From: Parvicellaceae bacterium
GTDB taxonomy: Bacteria > Bacteroidota > Bacteroidia > Flavobacteriales_D > JAUILH01
Assembly: GCA_965230535.1 (NCBI GenBank)
Contig: OZ246010.1
Coordinates: 2,202,792 to 2,266,791, forward strand
DNA: 64,000 nucleotides
Direction: 5' to 3'
The notes under the pieces were generated by a model. That model was not told the origin of the DNA. It ran no database searches and worked only from the letters and a program-made list of their open reading frames with translations. Shown one piece after another: positions 18,101-26,968 of the stretch (position 1 is its first letter; each line of letters starts with the position of its first letter). A program made the position numbers and the translations under genes.

Positions 18101-19717
18101 CTGAGGAGTCATTCCTATGATGTCTTCAATTTGAGGTGAAATGTATTTGAAAACCCCATTTTTATGTTCCTCAGTCGTTTCAATATTGTAAATAATATCG
18201 TCCAAACTATTGATCACCAAAGACAGGTTCTCTTCACTTTCTCTGAGGGCTTCCTGAGTTTCTTTTAATTGAGTAATTTCAATCAGAGTCCCTTCTATGT
18301 ATGATGGTTTACCATTTTCCTCAACCACCATTGAATTTTCAAGTATCCAAATTTCCCTTCCATTGATTAATTCAATTTTGCTTTCGTGGTTAATCATGGA
18401 TTTTCTGGACAGTAGTTTTTCATGAAAACTACCCTGATCAGAACTGGCCACATAGATATCGGGAGAATACTTTCCTATTACTTCTTCCTTCTCTTCAAAC
18501 CCAAAGATCCTCGCAAATGAATCGTTACAATCCAGGATTTTCTTATCAGAAACGGATGCTTTGTAGACACCTGCCAGATTTCTTTCGAACAAAGATCTAT
18601 AGCGTTCTTCAGAATCTTTTAGTGCATTTTCATATTGTTTTCTGGCGGTAACATCTGTTCCCAAACCATAGTAACCTATGACTTCACCATGGTTGTTGAA
18701 CTGAGGAAAAACCTGTTCTTCAATCCAAACATATTCGTCTTTTTTGGGTTGCTTGAATCGATAGGTAATGATCACATTTTGCTTATTCCCAAGTCGACGA
18801 TTAGCCTCTACCACACTGTCTCTGTCATCCTCATGCACAAGACTTAAAATCGTACCCTGGAGAAAGTGTTTTTTGTATTCTTCAATACTGATGCCATATA
18901 CCGAATCTATTCTATCGGAGACGAAATCCAAATTCTGCTTACCATCAATAAATCTCGTGCTATAAACAACCGCATTCACTGCATTTATAACAATGTTGAG
19001 TTGTTCGTTCATATGCTCAATATTACCTCTGGCTTCAACCGTTTCGGTAATATCTATGATACGGGTAACATAATATTTGTTTTTCTTAACCTGAAGAGGA
19101 GTGATGCTTACTTTTCCCCAGAATTCTCTACCATCTATAGTCTGATATTGCAGGTTTTTTTCCCAAATACCTTTTAGCGCAATTTGCTTCTTACACTTTG
19201 TAAATTCTTCGTCGCTTAACTTATTGATGATAATCTCGTCTCTGCTTGCTCCAATGAGGCTTTGTTTTTCTTTGTAGCCAAACATCTTTACAGCTCTGTC
19301 ATTGCAATCAACTATGTTTCTGCTGTAAAAATCTAACAGGAAAATGGCATCCGGCGAATTGTTAAAAACCTCATTTAGTAAATCCCCTTTATACCTACTG
19401 GCTTCATTAATGAACAGGCTTTTTGCAAAGATGAAGTAAAACAAAAGCAGGTTAATTGCGGAGATGATACAGTTGTAAATCAGGATCTCAATTTCCACAT
19501 CATGTACAATACAGGCAGTGAAAGAAACAAGGATACCTCCGGCCAATAAAATGTACCCTCTGCGTGATTTTGAAAACTGTGCAGAAGCCAATAGAAATAC
19601 CAGAGCTGAAAAAATTAATTTCTCTGCGTCCAGTTCATTTAAAAACAGAAGAACAGTAACTACTACACTTAGTAGGATGCTTACAAAAGGAAAGTCGCTT
19701 GTAGCTTTGCTCTGCAT
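15191..19717 (-). CDS. 1508-aa membrane-anchored multi-PAS sensor histidine kinase (HisKA_2 + HATPase_c)
   Basis: N-terminal TM segments and at least 8 PAS/PAC-like modules (recurring W...E...DI.G....I..DIT..K patterns). Also EVHHRVKNNLQVISSILNLQS (HisKA_2 H-box) and an ATPase region (IVNELVSNALKYAF, DNGIGLP). Confidence 0.9.
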   Translation of the reverse strand: MQSKATSDFPFVSILLSVVVTVLLFLNELDAEKLIFSALVFLLASAQFSKSRRGYILLAGGILVSFTACIVHDVEIEILIYNCIISAINLLLFYFIFAKSLFINEASRYKGDLLNEVFNNSPDAIFLLDFYSRNIVDCNDRAVKMFGYKEKQSLIGASRDEIIINKLSDEEFTKCKKQIALKGIWEKNLQYQTIDGREFWGKVSITPLQVKKNKYYVTRIIDITETVEARGNIEHMNEQLNIVINAVNAVVYSTRFIDGKQNLDFVSDRIDSVYGISIEEYKKHFLQGTILSLVHEDDRDSVVEANRRLGNKQNVIITYRFKQPKKDEYVWIEEQVFPQFNNHGEVIGYYGLGTDVTARKQYENALKDSEERYRSLFERNLAGVYKASVSDKKILDCNDSFARIFGFEEKEEVIGKYSPDIYVASSDQGSFHEKLLSRKSMINHESKIELINGREIWILENSMVVEENGKPSYIEGTLIEITQLKETQEALRESEENLSLVINSLDDIIYNIETTEEHKNGVFKYISPQIEDIIGMTPQEYEEKSRSEGLASFVHPEDLDNVIAMIKVIIEKQKPISITYRLRNQKTLNYHWIEENIYPKVEDGKIMAKFGIMRDVTQKKFAEEALRISEKRYRGLVERNMAGVFRVSPKDKVIDCNISLVNLLGYDNIRDIKSVMVKDLYYKREDQIKLVSELKKKKAITNYEVCLKRKNGEPIWCLINANLNEDWQLIEGTLIDITELKETGEALMESEHALATLLGKLPGMAYRCKIDENWTMEYMSDGCVELTGYQPEDIIGNKTLSFNDIIHEDYRSAFDEILDEASTKRRFVFEYPIVDKSGKEKWVWEQCEVIFDEEGKPCGLEGFITDITSRKHYEQTINTRREEYQHLIDGSPYGIVIHQDGQIKYANHKAFELLGIQINAEETDELLSYEEYFKDDKMARRTIYEFLLDEYHDHAFERKDKLLGGDELPFIEVKLKTLSGNIIDVETRSSLITYKGEKAIQAVFNDITAKKELIKAQAENTLLENEIEEHMRTQKQLRENQRFTKNLLDSSLDMILASDNEGNISEINQAALDKFGYTFDEIINISPKRLYKNPETYDNVAKHLNDKGRFIGEVENVDKSGKVFSSILSASIIKNEEGKQIGSMGISRDITEIKDVERVLSEQSSTIKSIFESNSNMLIWIVDEHLNFISFNNSFFNAAKLLLGEKPEATESLLSMVEKHLTTEDYDYFMSYFNRALRGTTQQFEVKLRDIRKNDFWLELYLSPIILENGEIREIACLAHEITDKKYTEEKIKESLYEKEILLKEVHHRVKNNLQVISSILNLQSSYVEDKNTLNILRESQNRIKSMSFIHESLYQTETFSSINFSEYILNLSKNLVYTYQVNPGKLDQQYDISEISLDLDQAIPCGLIVNELVSNALKYAFPEMDGENQKKASIFIGLSEENDEITMVVSDNGIGLPPNFDYENTNTLGLQLVVTLVEQLDGKLTLIQENGTKYLITFTRQKQKTHG

Positions 19718-19722
19718 AAGAG

Positions 19723-21264
19723 CTACAAGTTAGGTTTTATTTTTTTACCATCAATTTTATATTCCACTCCATTTTTATACTGAATGGACATGTAGACTGT
19801 GGCATCCGGGAGGTATTTTTTCCATTCTCCCATTCTTCTGCCAGCCTTATATTTTCCTTCAAATTTCTTAAAACCGTTTTCGTGATAATAGGTATGCTTG
19901 CCTTCTTCATAGCCACTTATGTATTCACCTTCGAACCGCTTTTTGCCGTTTCCATAAGTCTGTACCCACTCACCTTCCTTTAGATCGTCTCTATAAGCAC
20001 CTTCTTCACTGTAATCGTTGTACTCGTAGAACCATGGACCATCTCTTAAACCGGCAATATATTCTCCTTTAGCTATGATGTTTCCGGTGGAATCGTACTC
20101 AATAGACTCTCCTTCTTTCAAGCCTTTTCTATACGTTTCTTCTCTTTGAGGCATGCCGTTGCTAAATTGCCATTTCCAGAAACCATTAGCTTTTCCTTTT
20201 TTGTATTTTCCTTTTTGCTCTACTTTTCCATTTTCATGATAGTAAATCCACTGCCCTTCTTTTAAGCCATTCTCGTACTTACCTTCTGCCTTCTTTTCAC
20301 CACTCAGATAAAAGTAATTCCAATCACCTTCATAATCACCTTTGGCGTTGATGATACCTTCGGCTATGACCTTATCGGCTTCATAAAGAAAACCATTGAT
20401 GATGTTTCCTTTCATGTCGTACTCTCTGAAAACACCTTGCTTCTTTCCATCTTTTAAACCACCGACCAACTTCTCGCTGCCATCCGGATGATATTCTCTG
20501 TACAATTCAATGAAAAACAATTCTGGCGCATCCTCTTCAATCACACCTTCATCATATTTTGTAATGTCCTTTAGAGAACCATTTTTATCATACTCTTTGG
20601 CAAGTCCGTTTAGTGTTCCATCCTGGTATTCCGCTTCAGATTTGATCGTTCCATCTTTGTAGTATTCTTTCCAAACACCAACTTTTTTATTGTTTTCGTC
20701 GTAGCGATTGATTTTCTCTATTGAGCTGGTAAATCCTGATTTATAGTCATAGATGGTGATCTGTCTGCCGTCTTCACCATATTCAATGGATTTGCCATCT
20801 TCTTTTCCTTTCACATAGACGATTTCCTGTCTTAGTTTTCCTGATGGATAATACAATGTTGAAACACTGTCTTTTTGATTGTTTTTATAGAAACTGGTTT
20901 CGATGAGCGCACCAGAATCATTGTAGACTTTTGACAAACCATGTTTTTTTCCGGCTATGTATGTGATCTCACTTTCTAAAGTACCATCCGCCCGGAAGAA
21001 TTTCCATGCATCATTGATTTGACCATCTGCCCAGTTACCAACAGATTTTTTGGTACCATCTTCATAATAAGTTGTCCACTCACCATGCGGCTTCCCATCC
21101 TTCATATTACCTTCGCTGGAAACCTGGCCGTTTTTATAAAAGAATTGATTAAATCCGTTAGGATCAATATCTGAACCGTTTTGGGAAAGTACACAATTTC
21201 CTAAACTGAGTGTACAGATAAGTAATAATATATATTTAAAATTATTTAAAGTTTTATTATTCAT
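19723..21264 (-). CDS. MORN-repeat-variant (YwqK-like) repeat protein with signal peptide
   Basis: Signal peptide, then about 20 tandem units of the G-x-W-x-x-Y-Y-x-N/D-G-x-x-K type. The stop lies 5 nt upstream of the multi-PAS kinase start. Confidence 0.8.
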   Translation of the reverse strand: MNNKTLNNFKYILLLICTLSLGNCVLSQNGSDIDPNGFNQFFYKNGQVSSEGNMKDGKPHGEWTTYYEDGTKKSVGNWADGQINDAWKFFRADGTLESEITYIAGKKHGLSKVYNDSGALIETSFYKNNQKDSVSTLYYPSGKLRQEIVYVKGKEDGKSIEYGEDGRQITIYDYKSGFTSSIEKINRYDENNKKVGVWKEYYKDGTIKSEAEYQDGTLNGLAKEYDKNGSLKDITKYDEGVIEEDAPELFFIELYREYHPDGSEKLVGGLKDGKKQGVFREYDMKGNIINGFLYEADKVIAEGIINAKGDYEGDWNYFYLSGEKKAEGKYENGLKEGQWIYYHENGKVEQKGKYKKGKANGFWKWQFSNGMPQREETYRKGLKEGESIEYDSTGNIIAKGEYIAGLRDGPWFYEYNDYSEEGAYRDDLKEGEWVQTYGNGKKRFEGEYISGYEEGKHTYYHENGFKKFEGKYKAGRRMGEWKKYLPDATVYMSIQYKNGVEYKIDGKKIKPNL

Positions 21265-21671
21265 TATTAGTCCGTGGAAACTGTTAATAGTTTGTTCTAA
21301 ATTTATTGTCTTAATGACTTATTAAGGTTTTATTCAATTTTATAAACAATCATTAAAAACGTAATAAGCTCATTTAATTAAACTTATTTACTTTGTTAAC
21401 ATTGTGTTGATATCCTAAAACTTAATAAAATTACTAAAAAAGAAGACATAATTTTTGTTCATAACCATAGGCTTATCTTTTAATAACTCATGAAAAATGC
21501 AACGAATATTGTGCCATTAGAAAAATAATTGAGAAATAGGAGATAATTTTATCGCCAGATATTAACATGTAATTAATACTAAGGTAAAAACCCTGTGAAA
21601 AATCATGAGTTTTAAATAATTGAAAACTAAAGAGTTAATAAAATACTAACAAAAGAGTAACAATCGGAAAA

Positions 21672-22103
21672 ATGGAAAAAACTATAGCAATTGGGTGTGA
21701 TCATGCAGGGTATGCTTTAAAACTGGCGATTATTGATGTGTTGAAAAACAAGGGATATGAGGTCAACGATTATGGAACAGATTCTGAAGAAAGCACAGAT
21801 TATCCGGATTATGCCCATCCTGTTGCATTAGATGTTGTGGATAATGAGCGTTTAGGGATTGTTATTTGTGGAAGTGGAAACGGAATTAATATGACGGCCA
21901 ACAAACATGAAGATGTGAGATCTGCATTGTGTTGGGAGCCAGAAATTGCTGAATTGGCACGTCTCCATAACAACGCCAACGTATTGGCATTACCAGCACG
22001 TTTCATCAGTCAGGAGAAGGCAATGGATATTGTCGAGAAGTTTTTGGGAACGGAATTTGAAGGAGGAAGACACGAAAGACGTGTGAACAAAATAAATTGT
22101 TGA
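21672..22103 (+). CDS. rpiB: ribose-5-phosphate isomerase B
   Basis: IAIGCDHAGYALK, GIVICGSGNGINMTANK and EGGRHERRVNKI. Confidence 0.93.
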   Translation: MEKTIAIGCDHAGYALKLAIIDVLKNKGYEVNDYGTDSEESTDYPDYAHPVALDVVDNERLGIVICGSGNGINMTANKHEDVRSALCWEPEIAELARLHNNANVLALPARFISQEKAMDIVEKFLGTEFEGGRHERRVNKINC

Positions 22104-22104
22104 T

Positions 22105-23664
22105 ATGATTAGATCCTTTTCGTTCCTGTTAATAAGCCTGCCATTATTTGGATCTGCTCAAGAAGATCTTTCAAAAAAATATGCGAAAGAAATTGATGCA
22201 GAAACATTAAAGAAGCACCTGATGGTTATTGCTTCAGATGAGTATGCAGGCAGAGAAACAGGATTTGAAGGACAAAAGAAAACAGAAAAATACCTGGTAG
22301 AGCAGTTTAAGAAAATTGGTTTGGCTCCGGGTAATAATGGCTCGTATGTTCAGGAGTTTGATGTGGTAACCTCAAAACCAGAGGGCAGTTTAACTGTTGA
22401 TGACAAACAATACGACTTTCTGTCTGAGTTCTATTTCTACTATAAATTCGAGAAGGACTTTTCTGAAGACGACATCATTTTTGCCGGATATGGAATAGAT
22501 TCCGATAATTATTCTGATTACAAAAATCTGGATGTTGAGGGAAAGATTGTGATGATTCTGGAAGATGAACCTTTTGATAAAAAGGGTAAGTCTTTGGTGA
22601 CCAGAAAGAAGAAAGAATCCGAATGGTCGTACAGCTGGAAGAAGAAGTATGAGACAGCGGTGAAACAAGGTGCTGCAGGCATGATTACCATTGTTCAGGA
22701 TTATGAGAACAAAAGAGAATTGGTAAGAGGGTATTTATCGTCTCCAAGAATGAGCCTGGTTTCAAATGATGAAAAGGATGAGTTGGCAGATGCACCACCA
22801 ATGATTTATATGTCTGAAAAATTGGCGAACAGCATTCTTTCTAAAAAAGAAACCAACCTGGAGGAGATTAAACAAGCAATTACAAAAACAAAAAAATCGA
22901 TCAGCCATACTGTTCCTGTAAAAATGACCATGGACTTTTTGCCGCAGGGAGACAGGTTAAAATCATCAAATGTTCTGGCTTTTCTCGAGGGGACCGACAA
23001 AAAAGAAGAGGTTTTGATAATTACTGCCCACTATGATCATCTTGGTAAAAATGGTGATCTCATTTTCAATGGTGCGGATGATGATGGAACCGGAACAGTG
23101 TCTTTATTGGAGCTGGCTCAAGCTTTTAAGCAGGCAAAAGACGATGGTAACGGGCCAAGAAGAAGTATCTTATTTATGCCTGTTTCAGGTGAAGAAAAAG
23201 GACTTTTGGGATCTGAATACTACAGTGAGAATCCGGTATATCCCATTGAAAAAACAGTGGCCGATCTTAATATTGATATGATAGGTCGACATGATACTTT
23301 ACACAATCATTCAAACTATGTGTACCTGATAGGATCTGACAGATTAAGTTCAGAGCTTCATGAGATCAGCGAGAAAGTCAATAAAACGTATACCAATCTT
23401 GAGCTGGATTATACTTATAATGAAAAAGATGACCCCAACCAGTTCTATTACAGGTCAGATCACTACAACTTTGCAAGAAAAGGAGTTCCGGTAATTTTCT
23501 ATTTCAGTGGTGTACATGAAGATTATCATGAAGCGACAGATACCGTTGATAAAATTGAGTTTGGAAAGATGACAACAATAGCCAGACTGGTTTTCCATAC
23601 GGCGTGGGAACTGGCTAACCGAGATGAAAAAATCAAGGTAGACCAACCAATAGAGTGGGACTAA
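22105..23664 (+). CDS. secreted M28 family metallopeptidase with PA domain
   Basis: Signal peptide and a PA-like insert. Zn-ligand motifs ITAHYDHLG, GADDDGTGTVSLLELA, SGEEKGLLGS and HEDYHEATD. Confidence 0.88.
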   Translation: MIRSFSFLLISLPLFGSAQEDLSKKYAKEIDAETLKKHLMVIASDEYAGRETGFEGQKKTEKYLVEQFKKIGLAPGNNGSYVQEFDVVTSKPEGSLTVDDKQYDFLSEFYFYYKFEKDFSEDDIIFAGYGIDSDNYSDYKNLDVEGKIVMILEDEPFDKKGKSLVTRKKKESEWSYSWKKKYETAVKQGAAGMITIVQDYENKRELVRGYLSSPRMSLVSNDEKDELADAPPMIYMSEKLANSILSKKETNLEEIKQAITKTKKSISHTVPVKMTMDFLPQGDRLKSSNVLAFLEGTDKKEEVLIITAHYDHLGKNGDLIFNGADDDGTGTVSLLELAQAFKQAKDDGNGPRRSILFMPVSGEEKGLLGSEYYSENPVYPIEKTVADLNIDMIGRHDTLHNHSNYVYLIGSDRLSSELHEISEKVNKTYTNLELDYTYNEKDDPNQFYYRSDHYNFARKGVPVIFYFSGVHEDYHEATDTVDKIEFGKMTTIARLVFHTAWELANRDEKIKVDQPIEWD

Positions 23665-24854
23665 TATCTAACAATCTTTTTTGAATAAGACCGGCCATCA
23701 TTTTCGATCAAACGAATGATGTAAACGCCTGCTTTTAATGGCTTATTTGAAGTAGCTATATCTCCATTAACAAGTCTTGTATCAACCAGTTTTCCCAGAA
23801 CATTATATAAGTACAGTTTCCCGGTAAATACTTCCGAGAAATGCAGGTCATCTTGCTTAAACCAAACGTTGAAGTTTTTTTCTTCCTGCTCCTCAATAGA
23901 ATTAAACCCTGTGATCTTGACTAAACCACCGCCATTGGTTCCAATCCAAACATCTGGACCAACAACTTCTATACAATGAATATAATCTTCGGGAAGTGGT
24001 GAATTTGATGTGTTGAAGTTGGTAAACTGTCCACCATTATATTTGAAAACACCCTTGTCGTAAGAACCAATGTACACATCATTATCTCCTTCAATAAAAG
24101 TCAGGTTATCTGTAGTTAAATTGCTGCTCGATTCCGTGTGAAAAGAGAATAAACCAGGTCCATTATAAATGGTGATTCCCTGAGAAGGTGTAGCACACCA
24201 AATTTTGTTGTTAAACGTGTCAACCGACAACACGGTATTGTCTGGAAAAGTGCTTGTATAAGAATTGTAGACCGTAACATTGGTATCTTCTATTACAGAC
24301 AAACCTCCGTTAAACGAGCCCAGATAGACAGAGCTATCGGCAAAAACAGAACCTGAAATATTGTTGGACCATAGTGGGCTGTTAAAAGCATTTCTAACTG
24401 TCCATGTGTTGCCTGGAGACTTTTGAGCAATCCCAAAGGTGGTTCCGGCCCATATGTTTCCACTGGTATCAGCAGTTATTGTTTTAACAAAGTTATCTGG
24501 TAAACCAGAGTTGAAAGTGGTATAACTTGTGAATGTTGTCCCGTCAAAATGAATCAGGCCACTGTCTGTGGTACCAATCCAAAGTTCGTTGTTTTGATCC
24601 AGTTCAAGAGCACGGATGTTGTTACTTGGAATTGCTGAATTGGATGTGTCGTAAGTTATCCATGAAGAACCATCGAACCAGTACAAACCGTAGTCTGTTC
24701 CAACCCAGATATTCTGCATATCATCTTCTTCAATAACTCTGACTGAATTATCCTGAAGCGGGGAATTAGAGTCGTCATAAATGTCCCATTGAAATTGTGC
24801 ATTTCCCATGAAAACAACGGGAAATAGTAGGAGAAACGAACAAAAAAACTTCAT
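23661..24854 (-). CDS. Reg_prop (two-component regulator propeller) repeat protein with T9SS type A C-terminal domain
   Basis: Recurring N-I/V-W-x-G-T-x-x-G-L blades. The C-terminus ...KAGVYIIRLIENDGRSYSKKIVRY is typical of a Por secretion tail. The ATG overlaps the upstream stop (TAATG). Confidence 0.8.
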   Translation of the reverse strand: MKFFCSFLLLFPVVFMGNAQFQWDIYDDSNSPLQDNSVRVIEEDDMQNIWVGTDYGLYWFDGSSWITYDTSNSAIPSNNIRALELDQNNELWIGTTDSGLIHFDGTTFTSYTTFNSGLPDNFVKTITADTSGNIWAGTTFGIAQKSPGNTWTVRNAFNSPLWSNNISGSVFADSSVYLGSFNGGLSVIEDTNVTVYNSYTSTFPDNTVLSVDTFNNKIWCATPSQGITIYNGPGLFSFHTESSSNLTTDNLTFIEGDNDVYIGSYDKGVFKYNGGQFTNFNTSNSPLPEDYIHCIEVVGPDVWIGTNGGGLVKITGFNSIEEQEEKNFNVWFKQDDLHFSEVFTGKLYLYNVLGKLVDTRLVNGDIATSNKPLKAGVYIIRLIENDGRSYSKKIVRY

Positions 24855-26905
24855 TATTGAGCAATGATAAATCGTTGGGTAATGACTTGATTCATAATGT
24901 TAAGTCTCACAAAGTAAACACCTGGAACTACAGACTCCAAATTGAGCTCTTTCTGATAAAGTCCGGTACTCGAATCTTCCATTTTAGATAGCACTACTTT
25001 TCCGTTAACATCAACAATGTCGTATAAAAAACTTGCTGTTCCCGGAATTTCCAGATTCATGGTAAAGTTTCCGTTATTTGGATTAGGAGAAATACTCAGG
25101 TTTTGAGTTAAATCCACATCATCAATACCATCACAGTTTTCAACCTGAATTGTATGTGAAGTAGTTGGACCTGCACAAGAACTTAAACCAACTTCCAGAA
25201 CCCAATCATAGAAGTAGTAATAGAACCCTCCTCCAGCTGTAGAGCCTGTTATAGACATGGTATCTACAATTTCGTATGGATAAGAAATGCCAGCACTACT
25301 TCTGTATAGATTTGCATTTGTAGGAACTGTAATCTGGTAGTTATTTCCTACAGCTAGGTCATAGTTTAGATTAATCACTGACTCTCCATCAGGCAAATTG
25401 TAAGTACCACCAGTTACCAGATTTCCTCCCTGGTCTAAGACCTGAATGGTTCTTGGTCCTGCACCATTTGCAAATACTTTAACTGACTTTATTCTTAAAG
25501 GAATCATTACATCAAACAACATGTATTGGCTTCCTGAAAAATAGCCACCGTTTCCTCCAACAGTATCCGGAATACCATTTGTTACCGTTGCGCCTGCAGT
25601 TGATAACAATGGTTCGGCCATATAAGTAGCGGTTGAATTTAGTGAAGGTGTTGTAAAAGGAGAACCTGTACCCACCAAAAAACCATTCTGATCGTACCAA
25701 TTCACATCTGTGGTTCCGGCACTTAATTGAACAGACTGTCCTTCACAAACCAGGGTATCACCAGTAACGGTTGTTGCGCTAGGTGCTGGCAATACACTAA
25801 CAGTAATAGGTTGACTGGTTGCGGTTCCACAATGGTTGGTCAAGTTCACATCAAAAGTTCCACTTTGTGTCACAACAATAGATTGTGTTGTGTCTCCATT
25901 GCTCCATTGATAATCCGTTCCGGCGGGAGCAGTAAGTGTAACAGAAGTACCTGCACAAAACTCCGTTCCTCCATTGGAAGTAATTTGAAAGTTAGGATTT
26001 CCAGGGGGGTCCTGAAGCGTTAATGTTATAGGAACAGCTGTATAGTTGTTGGTTTCGTCTTCTTCAATGAAGTTGTTTTTTGGATCCACTTCCGCGACTA
26101 TCCAGTAATCACCGTTACATGTCCCAGGTGGAATATTGATCCACATACCATCCAGGTTTTCACTATAAATATCTGTGTAACCGGAAGAAATACCTTGTTC
26201 AACAACAGAACAGTTGTAGTTTCCTCCTCCAAGGCCCCAGTTAGGGAAATCTCCGTTAAGCAAATCATTACCCATCAGGTAAGTAGTATTATCGTCTTTA
26301 CAATGGCCAAGGTAACTGGAACATGTTCCATAGTCCATCAGACAAAAACCAAGCTTAGCACCATCTCCAACAATGGGCCAGTTTCTTGGATCTGGTTCGT
26401 TCGGATCTTCAAGTCTTAGAGAGAAAACACCCCAATCGTCTACATGATTATGTCCATGAGAAGGGTGGTATGTCATAGCACCAGCCCATATGTCCGTGTA
26501 AGTCATGGTACTGTCTGCATTTCTGTGATAAATTCTTTGAACTATGAGCTGTCTTGGAGCAGAACCGTCTGGACAAATACCCGGATCACCCAGCACTGTA
26601 TCTCCTCCACAAACAAAGTAATCGGAACCACGAACCGTTAAAGGACCATGTCCAATATTTGCAGTAGATCCGGTTAATTTTAAACGTCCATTATCTGGCC
26701 CGTTCCCGGTTTGAGAATACTCATTAGGACCGCTCATGTGATTGACAATGGCGTACCATGAGATGGTAATATCGGGAAGAAGATCACAGTCTGAACTACC
26801 ATCTTTACAAACACAAGAAGCGCCATTGGTGATAGTACACTGAGCAAAAATGCCTTTGCCCAACAGTAAAAAACATCCCAGGAGAAAAACACGAAAAATC
26901 TTCAT
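24854..26905 (-). CDS. lysyl-oxidase-like catalytic domain protein with Ig-like repeats and T9SS C-terminal domain
   Basis: YHPSHGHNHVDDW versus the LOX Cu site WHSCHQHYHS. GAKLGFCLMD versus GHKASFCLED. QGISSGYTDIY versus QGLSPGCYDTY. GMWINIPPG...GDYWIVAEVDP...EEDETNN versus QWIDITDV..GNYILKVSVNP...ESDYTNN. The C-terminal tail is VPGVYFVRLNI...RFIIAQ. The ATG at 26903-26905 is preferred over the GTG at 26911. Confidence 0.75.
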   Translation of the reverse strand: MKIFRVFLLGCFLLLGKGIFAQCTITNGASCVCKDGSSDCDLLPDITISWYAIVNHMSGPNEYSQTGNGPDNGRLKLTGSTANIGHGPLTVRGSDYFVCGGDTVLGDPGICPDGSAPRQLIVQRIYHRNADSTMTYTDIWAGAMTYHPSHGHNHVDDWGVFSLRLEDPNEPDPRNWPIVGDGAKLGFCLMDYGTCSSYLGHCKDDNTTYLMGNDLLNGDFPNWGLGGGNYNCSVVEQGISSGYTDIYSENLDGMWINIPPGTCNGDYWIVAEVDPKNNFIEEDETNNYTAVPITLTLQDPPGNPNFQITSNGGTEFCAGTSVTLTAPAGTDYQWSNGDTTQSIVVTQSGTFDVNLTNHCGTATSQPITVSVLPAPSATTVTGDTLVCEGQSVQLSAGTTDVNWYDQNGFLVGTGSPFTTPSLNSTATYMAEPLLSTAGATVTNGIPDTVGGNGGYFSGSQYMLFDVMIPLRIKSVKVFANGAGPRTIQVLDQGGNLVTGGTYNLPDGESVINLNYDLAVGNNYQITVPTNANLYRSSAGISYPYEIVDTMSITGSTAGGGFYYYFYDWVLEVGLSSCAGPTTSHTIQVENCDGIDDVDLTQNLSISPNPNNGNFTMNLEIPGTASFLYDIVDVNGKVVLSKMEDSSTGLYQKELNLESVVPGVYFVRLNIMNQVITQRFIIAQ

Positions 26906-26968
26906 AACCACAAGTTATAGACTGAAAAGGTACTAAATTTATACGTGAAAGGTTAAGTTATTGATTCA

